64,000 nucleotides of DNA from Candidatus Oxydemutatoraceae bacterium. GTDB taxonomy: Bacteria > Pseudomonadota > Gammaproteobacteria > Poriferisulfidales > Oxydemutatoraceae. The notes below the pieces were generated by a model. It ran no database searches and was not told the origin of the DNA. It saw only the letters and a list, made by a program, of their open reading frames with translations. The DNA is taken from assembly GCA_965237985.1 (NCBI GenBank), contig OZ250161.1, positions 1,615,012-1,679,011 on the forward strand, written 5' to 3'. Made by a program: the position numbers and the translations under genes. Positions 1 through 8,236 of this stretch are shown piece by piece (positions within the stretch are counted from its first letter, which is position 1; every line of letters begins with the position of its first letter).

Positions 1-1
1 G

Positions 2-673
2 CGGGTATTGAGTATGGGGGATTTTTCCATAGAGTTTTGCGGCGGCACGCATGTCGCGCGTACCGGCGACATCGGAATGTTCAAAATCGTTTCCGATTCG
101 GCCATTGCCGCTGGAGTCAGGCGCATAGAAGCACTGAGCGGGGAAGTTGCCTGTCGCTATTGCAGTGAAGTTGAGCAACAGTTGAAAGCACTGTCGGCAT
201 TGTTGAAAACAGAACGCCCCCTGCTATTGGAAAAAATCAGGCAGTTGCTGGCTGAACGTCGGGATTTGACACAGAGTTTGGACAAAGAACGAGCCACGAA
301 GGCTTTGGGTTCGGGGGATTCCCTGGCGCGAGAAGCGGTGGATGTCAACGGGGTCAAGGTTTTGGCGGCACAGCTGCCGAGAATGGATCGCAAAAGCCTG
401 CGCTTGGTCCTAGACCGTCTGAAAAGTGATTTAGGTCGCGCGGTGATTGTGCTTGCGAGCGAAGAAAACGGCAAAGTGCGCTTGGTGGCAGGGGTGACGA
501 AAGATACGGTCGGGCAAATCCACGCTGGTGAACTGGCTTCCAATGTGGCAGCGAAACTGGGTGGCAAAGGAGGCGGTCGTGCCGATCTGGCGGAAGCCGG
601 CGGCAACAATCCGGATGCGATTGAAGATGTGCTTTCCCAGGTGCCAGGCTGGGTGCGCACCCGGATTTCCTGA
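2..673 (+). CDS. alaS: Alanyl-tRNA synthetase, C-terminal part (5' end lies outside the window)
   Basis: The 221-aa translation matches the AlaRS C-terminal editing/DHHA1 region ('FCGGTHVARTGDIGMFKIV...GGGRADLAEAGGNNPDAIEDVL'). The ORF is open to the window edge. The alaS-lysC order is as in Pseudomonas. Confidence 0.85.
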   Translation, partial: RVLSMGDFSIEFCGGTHVARTGDIGMFKIVSDSAIAAGVRRIEALSGEVACRYCSEVEQQLKALSALLKTERPLLLEKIRQLLAERRDLTQSLDKERATKALGSGDSLAREAVDVNGVKVLAAQLPRMDRKSLRLVLDRLKSDLGRAVIVLASEENGKVRLVAGVTKDTVGQIHAGELASNVAAKLGGKGGGRADLAEAGGNNPDAIEDVLSQVPGWVRTRIS

Positions 674-714
674 ACGCCCCGTTCGGGCTCCTTTCCTGAT
701 TTCAGAACTGCGTA

Positions 715-1932
715 GTGGAAATTGTTGTCCATAAATACGGCGGGTCTTCGCTTGCCACGCTGGAAGACATGGAATTTGTCGCCGCCAAAATTGCCAGGGC
801 CCACCATGCCGAAGAAAAAATCGTGGTGGTGGTGTCCGCGATGGGCAACGAAACCGATCGTTTGTTGGCTTTGGCGAAAGGGGCAGATCGCAATTGTGGC
901 GGCCGCGAACTGGATACCATACTGGCCTCCGGCGAACAGGTCAGTGCAGCAATTCTGGCGACGATATTGCTGAAAAACCGTGTCAACGCGGTTTCTTTCA
1001 GTGGCCGTCAGGCGGGCATCGTGACGGAAAACAGACATAATCGAGCGCGCATCAAAAGTATTGATTGCAGTGCGATAAAAGCGTGTCTGCATGCCGGGAA
1101 AGTCGTGATAGCATCCGGATTTCAGGGAACCAACGAAGCCGGAGAGATCACGACTTTGGGACGGGGTGGTTCCGATACCACGGCCGTTGCCTTGGCAGTC
1201 GTCCTCCAGGCCAGAGAGTGCCGGATTTATACGGATGTGGACGGGGTGTATACGACCGATCCACGAATCGAAGCGAAAGCCAGAAGGCTGTCCCAGATTA
1301 CGTTTGAAGAAATGCTGGAAATGGCCAGTCTGGGCGCCAAGGTTTTACAGAACCGGGCAGTGCGGTTTGCCGGGGAGTACAATGTCCCCCTGCGAGTGCT
1401 TGCCACCTTCGGCACAGGAGAAGGAACTTTGATTGTTCAAAAGGAAGAAGATTTGGAAAAAGCCAGAATAGTCGGCATTGCAGCCAACCAGGATGAAGCG
1501 CAGCTGACCGTTACCCGAGTCAAGGACCAGCCTGGCGTTGCAGCGAAGATATTGGAGGCCATTGCCGCGCAAGACATTGAAGTGGACATGATCGTGCAAA
1601 ACGTGGGGATCAGCAGCCAGCTGGCGGATTTTACATTCACAGTACATCGCCGTGACTACGCGCAGGCCATGTCTTGCTTGAAAGACATGGCCAAGGAATT
1701 GGGGGCGGGATCAGTTTTCGGCGATGACGACATTGTGAAGATTTCACTGGTCGGTGCCGGAATGCGTTCCCACGCCGGGATTGCCGCAAAAATGTTTGCC
1801 GCCATTGCCAAGACCGGCATCAATATCAAAATGATTTCCACTTCCGAAATTAAAATATCCGTGGTGGTGGAAACGCAACATATGAAGACAGTAGTGCGTA
1901 CCCTGCACGAGGCCTTCGACCTCGCAGGTTGA
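715..1932 (+). CDS. lysC: Aspartate kinase (AAK domain plus two ACT domains)
   Basis: N-terminal motif 'KYGGSSL', 'VVVVSAMGNETDRL', and C-terminal ACT repeats ('ISLVGAGM', 'ISTSEIKISVVV'). Length is 405 aa. Confidence 0.9.
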   Translation: MEIVVHKYGGSSLATLEDMEFVAAKIARAHHAEEKIVVVVSAMGNETDRLLALAKGADRNCGGRELDTILASGEQVSAAILATILLKNRVNAVSFSGRQAGIVTENRHNRARIKSIDCSAIKACLHAGKVVIASGFQGTNEAGEITTLGRGGSDTTAVALAVVLQARECRIYTDVDGVYTTDPRIEAKARRLSQITFEEMLEMASLGAKVLQNRAVRFAGEYNVPLRVLATFGTGEGTLIVQKEEDLEKARIVGIAANQDEAQLTVTRVKDQPGVAAKILEAIAAQDIEVDMIVQNVGISSQLADFTFTVHRRDYAQAMSCLKDMAKELGAGSVFGDDDIVKISLVGAGMRSHAGIAAKMFAAIAKTGINIKMISTSEIKISVVVETQHMKTVVRTLHEAFDLAG

Positions 1933-2411
1933 GGGAGATTTTCAACGGGTCTTTGTGTTACGGCATGCTGACGGTTTTGAATGCAGCGGGTTTTTGGACC
2001 TGTCGCGAAACTTGGCGGCGCAGCGCTTACAACACGATGTGGTGTTTGATTGGTTGTTCGACGGGTGACCTGGGCACCATATTGTTTTTTCAATGGTCAG
2101 GAATTCAGTGGGCGGTCCTGCTTGTCATGGGTCTGGCTATGGTCAATGGACTGGTCACCAGCGTGATGCTTGAGACGGTGATTTTGCGGTATGGCGGGAT
2201 GGATCTCAGCACGGCTTTCAAAACCGCTTTTGGAATGAGTTTTGTTTCCATGCTCGCTATGGAAGCCGTCATGAATGCAACCGATTTTTTTCTTGTCGGC
2301 GGCGCAAAAATCGTTTTCTGGGCGTTGCCGTTCATTTTTTTGGCCGGCTTTGTTGCCCCTTGGCCGTACAACTACTGGCGGTTGAGAAAATACGGCAAAG
2401 CCTGCCACTGA
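1929..2411 (+). CDS. Hypothetical integral membrane protein
   Basis: 160-aa ORF with 4-5 hydrophobic helices. It has a TTG start overlapping the lysC stop. No family was recognised. The start is uncertain; an alternative Met lies at 1965. Confidence 0.4.
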   Translation: MREIFNGSLCYGMLTVLNAAGFWTCRETWRRSAYNTMWCLIGCSTGDLGTILFFQWSGIQWAVLLVMGLAMVNGLVTSVMLETVILRYGGMDLSTAFKTAFGMSFVSMLAMEAVMNATDFFLVGGAKIVFWALPFIFLAGFVAPWPYNYWRLRKYGKACH

Positions 2412-2513
2412 ATGGTGCGACAAACGAACCGCTAATCCTGCACGGAAGTCAGGGGCGGCCGGATTGTCAGCAAGATTATTCTCGCTTGCGCGAGGCCGAT
2501 TGAATGGCAGCCG

Positions 2514-3068
2514 CTACCATCCAGACAGTAGCAGGCCGGTACGTTCACGAACAATAAAGTCTGCGATGGCGGCGCTGTCATTGAGTGGCAACACGGGGAT
2601 CGTGATGTTTTCAGGCGCGTCCCCATCGCTTGCAAAAGCAATGACGCTGGGGTCATGTGTGTACAAGGGGGGCCGTTCCAAGGCAACCCGGTGCAATTCT
2701 ATTTTTGGAAAAAGATCTTTTTTAAATCCTTCCACCAGTACCAGATCGAGCGACTGAAGATCCAGTTTTGGCAACAGTTCCTGCAACCTCGGTTCGCGTG
2801 TGTTCCTTGGCAATTCCGTAACCAGGGCATGGCGCCTGCTGGAAGAGACCAGCACTTGTGCCGCGCCTGAGTGGCGCAGTTCATAGCTGTCCTTGCCAGG
2901 CAGATCGGTATCAAAACCATGGTGGGCATGTTTGATGACCGCTGTGCGCAGTTTTCTGGCGCACAGCAACGGCAGCAGTTTTTTCAAAAGTGTGGTTTTG
3001 CCGGTGCCGCTGGTGGCGCAAAAACCGACAATAGAGAAAACTGGGGCGTGGGGTTTCCCAGGCATCAT
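2514..3068 (-). CDS. mobB: Molybdopterin-guanine dinucleotide biosynthesis adaptor protein MobB
   Basis: P-loop 'GFCATSGTGKTTLL' near the N-terminus. Size (184 aa) and position next to mobA are typical. Confidence 0.8.
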   Translation of the reverse strand: MMPGKPHAPVFSIVGFCATSGTGKTTLLKKLLPLLCARKLRTAVIKHAHHGFDTDLPGKDSYELRHSGAAQVLVSSSRRHALVTELPRNTREPRLQELLPKLDLQSLDLVLVEGFKKDLFPKIELHRVALERPPLYTHDPSVIAFASDGDAPENITIPVLPLNDSAAIADFIVRERTGLLLSGW

Positions 3069-3664
3069 GTCACCAGAAAGCGCGTGATGGTTTTCAAGGA
3101 ATCCGGGTCGTTGATGTTTGCAAAGCGCTGATCCCCACCTTCGTAAATGGCTTCAGCGACCCGGATTCCCAGAAACCATTGATCAATTTTCCGCTGTCCG
3201 CTCTGCAAAAACGCTTCCAGGGAATCGAGCAGGGTTTTGTGCATCAGACAAAACACCGGATGCAGTCTTTCTCCTTCCCGCACTGTGACCAAGTCTGCTT
3301 TTGCCCGGGACAATTCTGCACATTGGCGGGACACTAGATCAGGTGGAGGCGCTGGACAATCGCAGGGAAAAGTAGCCAACAGCGGAGTTTCGCAGTGATT
3401 GAGGGCGGTTGCCATTCCCGCAAGTGGCCCCTGGAAGTTTTCAAGAGTGTCGCTGCACACGGGGAAACCATAACTTTCGTAGCGCCGGATATTCCGGTTG
3501 GCATTGATCATCATGCGATCCACCTGGCCTGACATGACAGCCAGAACATGTTCCACAGCTGGCTTGCCAGCCAGTTCCATCAAACCTTTGTCGCACAGCC
3601 CCATGCGCCTGCCTCTGCCGCCGCACAAAACCACTCCGGTGATTTCTTTGCCATTGCAGCTCAT
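3065..3664 (-). CDS. mobA: Molybdenum cofactor guanylyltransferase MobA
   Basis: 'ITGVVLCGGRGRRMG...DKGL' is the MobA nucleotide-binding signature. I trimmed the long ORF (3065..4144) to the internal Met at 3664 (MSCNGKEITGVV). The stop overlaps the mobB start. Confidence 0.8.
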   Translation of the reverse strand: MSCNGKEITGVVLCGGRGRRMGLCDKGLMELAGKPAVEHVLAVMSGQVDRMMINANRNIRRYESYGFPVCSDTLENFQGPLAGMATALNHCETPLLATFPCDCPAPPPDLVSRQCAELSRAKADLVTVREGERLHPVFCLMHKTLLDSLEAFLQSGQRKIDQWFLGIRVAEAIYEGGDQRFANINDPDSLKTITRFLVT

Positions 3665-3813
3665 GAAAAAAAAGGTTTCAGGAGAAGGAGTGTTATCGGT
3701 GTTCGCTGCGGCTTGCTGAGGAACTGCGGGTAGAATGGCATGGGCTGCATTTTGTACCCACCCCCGGGGGCAAGTGGAAACAAGCCGTGAATTATAGATT
3801 GGGAGGATTAAGA

Positions 3814-4119
3814 ATGCCGGATGAAACCAAAGCGCAACAGCTTCTTCGCATTGAATCAGCGGTTTTTCAGCGGCTGGTCGAGCATTTGCGAGAACGTGCG
3901 GATGTTCAAAACATTGACTTGATGACGCTTGCTGACTTTTGTCGAAACTGTCTTGCAAAATGGTACGTGGCAGCGGCGAAAAACGAAGGTCTTTCTGTAG
4001 ACTATGAGCAGGCTCGCGAGCGGATTTACGGAATGCCGTATCGACAGTGGAAAGAAAAACACCAGACCCCGATGACTCCGGAACAGGAAAAAGCATTTGC
4101 CGCCCGTGAAAAACAATAA
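3814..4119 (+). CDS. Small conserved protein, DUF1244-like ('FCRNCLAKWY' motif)
   Basis: 101 aa, starting from ATG 3814. GGGAGG lies 7 nt upstream (3801-3806). The six-frame ORF begins at a GTG at 3787. It is antisense to the over-long mobA ORF. The family assignment is from memory of the FCRNCL motif. Confidence 0.55.
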   Translation: MPDETKAQQLLRIESAVFQRLVEHLRERADVQNIDLMTLADFCRNCLAKWYVAAAKNEGLSVDYEQARERIYGMPYRQWKEKHQTPMTPEQEKAFAAREKQ

Positions 4120-4904
4120 TGCCTGAAGCTGATTTCAGCAACACGCAGCTGCTGCGTTACAGCCGCCAGCTCATGCTTCCTGAAATTGGCTTGCAAGGAC
4201 AGCATACCCTGCAGGATTCCTGCGTTTTGATCATTGGCATGGGAGGACTGGGCATTCCTCTGGCGACCTACCTTGCCACCAGCGGCGTCGGCAAACTGAT
4301 TCTGGTTGACGGAGATCGGATTGAACTCGCCAATCTTCACCGCCAGCCCCTGTATCGTGAAAGTGATGTCGGGGCGGAAAAAGTCACCGTGGTTGCGGAG
4401 CGCTTGGCGGCATTGAATTCGGAAATTGAAATACAGACGTTCGGCCAGCGCGCCGATGAAGACATGGTCAGCGATCTGGCGATCGGGGCGCAAGTGGTGG
4501 CCGACAGCTCGGACAACTTTCAGACCCGTTTTGCCGTGAATCGCGCCTGCTGGAAAAGCACCAGGCCCTTGGTGAGCGCCGCAGTCATTCGTATGGAAGG
4601 GCAACTCACGGTTTTTGATTCCAGGAACCCGGAAAGCCCGTGCTACGCCTGCCTGTATCCGGAACGGGTGTCGGGACAACAGGAGGAAAGTTGCGTGGAA
4701 AGCGGCATAGTCGCGCCTTTGGCCGGAATGATGGGCTGTGCCCAGGCACTGGAAGTTACCAAACTACTGCTGGATATTGGTACCTCTTTGACTGGTCGGT
4801 TTTTGATGCTGGATGCCCGTCTGATGGAATGGCGTGAAATCCGCCTTCGGAAAAGTCCGGGCTGCACGGTGTGCGGGCCTGCGAACCAGGGTGCCCGTGA
4901 CTGA
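4119..4904 (+). CDS. moeB: Molybdopterin-synthase adenylyltransferase MoeB (ThiF/HesA family)
   Basis: 'LIIGMGGLGIPLATYLATSGVGKLILVDGDRIELANLHRQ', plus C-terminal CxxC pairs (CYAC...CTVCG). Its last ~50 nt form part of the downstream 125-bp repeat. Confidence 0.85.
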   Translation: MPEADFSNTQLLRYSRQLMLPEIGLQGQHTLQDSCVLIIGMGGLGIPLATYLATSGVGKLILVDGDRIELANLHRQPLYRESDVGAEKVTVVAERLAALNSEIEIQTFGQRADEDMVSDLAIGAQVVADSSDNFQTRFAVNRACWKSTRPLVSAAVIRMEGQLTVFDSRNPESPCYACLYPERVSGQQEESCVESGIVAPLAGMMGCAQALEVTKLLLDIGTSLTGRFLMLDARLMEWREIRLRKSPGCTVCGPANQGARD

Positions 4905-6390
4905 AACAGACACCCTGCTGACCCTGGAGATTACTGGTACCAGACTGGACATCCCGGGAACCGCACATGTTTCCAGGAAGTCCGGACTGCACGGTGTGCG
5001 GGCCTGCGAACCAGGGTGCCCGTGACTGAAACAGACACCCTGCTGACCCTGGAGATTACTGGTACCAGACTGGACATCCCGGGAACCGCACATGTTTCCA
5101 GGAAGTCCGGGCTGCACGGTGTGCACCTGCGAACCAGGGTGCCCGTGACTGAAACAGACACCCCGCTGACCCTGGAGATTACTGGTACCAGACTGGACAT
5201 CTTGGGAACCGCCTGCGAACCAGGGTGCCCGTGACTGAAACAGACACCCCGCTGACCCTGGAGATTACTGGTACCAGACTGGACATCCCGGGAACCGCAC
5301 ATGTTTCCAGGAAGTCCGGGCTGCACGGTGTGCGGGCCTGCGAACCAGGGTGAAACAGACACCCCGTGACTGAAACAGACACCCAGGAAGTCCGGGCTGC
5401 ACGGTGTGCGGACCTGCGAACCAGGGTGCCCGTGACTGAAACAGACACCCCGCTGACCCTGGAGATTACTGGTACCAGACTGGACATCCCGGGAACCGCA
5501 CATGTTTCCAGGAAGTCCGGGCTGCACGGTGTGCGGACCTGCGAACCAGGGTGCCCGTGACTGAAACAGACACCCCGCTGACCCTGGAGATTACTGGTAC
5601 CAGACTGGACATCCGGGAACCGCACATGTTTCCAGGAAGTCTGGGCTGCACGGTGTGCGGGCCTGCGAACCAGGGTGTACCCGTGACTGAAACAGACACC
5701 CTGCTGACCCTGGAGATTACTGGTACCAGACTGGACATCTTGGGAACCGCACATGTTTCCAGGAAGTCCGGGCTGCACGGTGTGCGGACCTGTGAACCAG
5801 GGTGCCCGTGACTGAAACAGACACCCCGCTGACCCTGGGATTACTGGTACCAGACTGGACATCTTGGGAACCGCACATGTTTCCAGGAAGTCCGGGCTGC
5901 ACGGTGTGCGGGCCTGCGAACCAGGGTGCCCGTGACTGAAACAGACACCCCGCTGACCCTGGAGATTACTGGTACCAGACTGGACATCTTGGGAACCGCA
6001 CATGTTTCCAGGAAGTCCGGGCTGCACGGTGTGCGGGCCTGTGAACCAGGGTGCCCGTGACTGAAACAGACACCCTGCTGACCCTGGAGATTACTGGTAC
6101 CAGACTGGACATCCCGGGAACCGCACATGTTTCCAGGAAGTCCAGGCTGCACGGTGTGCGGACCTGCGAACCAGGGTGCCCGTGACTGAAACAGATACCC
6201 TGCTGACCCTGGAGATTACTGGTACCAGACTGGACATCCCGGGAACCGCACATGTTTCCAGGAAGTCCGGGCTGCACGGTGTGCGGACCTGCGAACCAGG
6301 GTGCCCGTGACTGAAACAGACACCCCGCTGACCCTGGAGATTACTGGTACCAGACTGGACATCTTGGGAACCGCACATGTTTCCAGTATC
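4850..6390. repeat. Tandem array of ~125-bp units, about 12 copies, each copying the moeB 3' end plus the TraB-family gene 5' end
   Basis: The motif 'cccgtgactgaaacagacacc' recurs at 4893, 5018, 5141, 5225, 5430, 5553, 5680, 5807, 5930, 6052, 6180 and 6303. Each unit encodes '...PGCTVCGPANQGARD*' (moeB tail) and 'MPVTETDTxLTLEITGTRLDIxGTAHVS' (TraB head). The period is not a multiple of 3. Confidence 0.9.
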
Positions 6391-7497
6391 AGTCACCAGA
6401 CAGTCATGGAATTGGTTGGCAGCAGGACCTACGACTCAGTTGCGGTCGAGTTGTGCGCGCAGCGCGTACGCATGATTTTCGATGAAGAGAAATACTCCGA
6501 AACCGACATCTGGCAATTGATTAAAAAAAAGCAGATGGCGGCTTTTGCGACCGGCTTGCTTTTCAGTGCTTTTCAACGACGGGTTGCTGAACAAATAGGA
6601 GTGGAACCCGGCTCCGAATTGAAAGCAGCTGTGCGTTTGAGCCGGGAACAATCCATCACTCCGCTTTTGGTGGACCGAGATATTGGCATCACTTTCAAAC
6701 GCCTGCATCGGAGCTTGTCCTTCTGGACCCGACTTTCCATTCCTTCCCTGGTTTTTTTCAGCCTGTTTTCGCGTCAGAAAGTGTCAGCGGAAGAAATAGA
6801 GGCACTGAAAAAAGGCGATGTAGTTGCTTCTCTCTTTGAACAACTGGAACTGGGACACAAAGAAATTTATCAGGTTCTGATCAAGGAACGGGACTGTTAT
6901 ATGGCAACAAAACTTGTGGAATATATCCGCGCCCACAAGCCTTCCAGAATGTTGCTGGTGGTCGGTGCCGGGCATGTTCCCGGGTTGCTGCGGGAAATCC
7001 CTGTTGTCGGGACGGAACCGCAGACCACGCTACATGACCTTGAGGTCATCCCGCAGTCGGCAAGGTGGTTGAAGTATATTCCCTGGGTGATTGTGGCGGT
7101 AATCCTCGCTGGGTTTGCCGTCGGGTTCAGCAGGGATGTGGAACTCGGTTTCAGTCTGGTGCGCGACTGGGTGCTGATTAATGGTGGTCTGGCGGCTCTC
7201 GGGGCCCTGCTGGCGGGCGGGCACCCGCTTACGGTGGTTACCGCGTTCGTGGCGGCACCCCTGACTTCGATCAACCCGACGATCGGTGCCGGCATGGTGA
7301 CGGCGGCAGCCGAAATCTATTTACGCAAGCCACGTGTGAGTGACTTCAAGTCACTGAGAGAAAGTACGAACAGCCTTTTTGGCTGGCGAAAAAACCGCGT
7401 GGCACGAACGGTGTTGATTTTTTTTCTGAGCACTTTCGGTTCGATAGTGGGTACCTGGCTTGGTGGCCTGTGGATTTACGAAAGCCTGAGCGGGTGA
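6301..7497 (+). CDS. TraB/GumN family protein (pheromone-shutdown TraB-like)
   Basis: N-terminal 'ITGTRLDILGTAHVS' motif typical of TraB/GumN, and a C-terminal membrane segment. GTG start at 6301 in the last repeat unit. The length of the 5' overlap with moeB was not re-derived and may vary with repeat number. Confidence 0.7.
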   Translation: MPVTETDTPLTLEITGTRLDILGTAHVSSISHQTVMELVGSRTYDSVAVELCAQRVRMIFDEEKYSETDIWQLIKKKQMAAFATGLLFSAFQRRVAEQIGVEPGSELKAAVRLSREQSITPLLVDRDIGITFKRLHRSLSFWTRLSIPSLVFFSLFSRQKVSAEEIEALKKGDVVASLFEQLELGHKEIYQVLIKERDCYMATKLVEYIRAHKPSRMLLVVGAGHVPGLLREIPVVGTEPQTTLHDLEVIPQSARWLKYIPWVIVAVILAGFAVGFSRDVELGFSLVRDWVLINGGLAALGALLAGGHPLTVVTAFVAAPLTSINPTIGAGMVTAAAEIYLRKPRVSDFKSLRESTNSLFGWRKNRVARTVLIFFLSTFGSIVGTWLGGLWIYESLSG

Positions 7498-7672
7498 TTT
7501 TGTCGTCTTGACGGCAAGATTTTCTGGCTGCTTCCGGAGAATCAGAAGTGGCTGACCGCTGACTGAGATTGAGACGCAGGCAACAGTTCAGAAATATCTG
7601 GCTGAAAATCCAGAATCTGCTTTGCGGATGATCCTGCCCGGTCAGCTTGGGTCAAATAGGAGGCATTGAATT

Positions 7673-8016
7673 CAAGCGGCCAGTCGGTCTATAAGCCGGG
7701 TTCTGTGATCGATAGTCATCCATCTGCGGTGTACGTCACCGCACACCTCTTGCGGCCCACCCGAACCTTGGCGCGGGCTACGCGGTTCTAAATTTGGCCT
7801 TGCTCCAAGTGAGGTTTACCCCGCCGCGCATGTTGCCATCCGCGCGGTGCGCTCTTACCGCACCTTTTCACCCTTACCCGCAATAAAGCGGGCGGTATAT
7901 TTTCTGTGGCACTTTCTGTAGGCTCGCGCCCCCCAGGTGTTACCTGGCACTCTGCCCTGTGGAGCCCGGACTTTCCTCTGCTCGAAGGCAGCGACTATCC
8001 GACCGACTCGCCGATT
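7673..8016 (-). ncRNA. rnpB: RNase P RNA, bacterial type A
   Basis: Minus-strand sequence contains 'AGGAAAGTCCGGGCTCCACAGGGCAGAGTGCCAGGTAACACCTGGGGGG', 'GGTAAGGGTGAAAAGGTGCGGTAAGAGCGCACCGCGCGG', 'GGTAAACCTCACTTGGAGCAAGGCCAAAT' and 'ACAGAACCCGGCTTATAGACCGACTGGCC'. These are collinear with E. coli M1 RNA. The P1 helix pairs ggcgagtcggtc with gaccgactggcc. Confidence 0.85.
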
Positions 8017-8236
8017 GCAGTTTACTCTTTCCCGACGGCCTGAAGGGGCATCCAGGCGACGGGCTGTCCAAGCAGTCCTTGTCGCTGAATTACAGGAAGC
8101 AGAGCAGATGTCGGGAAAGGAAAGCGGAAACAGCGGCCGCAACAGACGGGAGGTTTGCTACTTTCTTTTGCCTGTCCGACAAGCGAATGTTGCTTCAGGT
8201 TCTCCCGCAGATCAGCAAATGTTCCCCGTAGACCAA

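Noticed and set aside
3665-4144. Upstream 160-aa portion of the 359-aa mobA ORF
   Set aside because: No homology there. MobA-like sequence starts at Met 3664. The DUF1244-like gene occupies the opposite strand.
4764-6396. Minus-strand ORFs (4931..5527, 5179..6027, 5841..6152 and others) encoding 'MQPGLPGNMCGSRDVQSGTSNLQGQ...' as a possible repetitive protein
   Set aside because: They are antisense read-throughs of the 125-bp moeB/traB junction array. The frame shifts every unit and there is no domain similarity.
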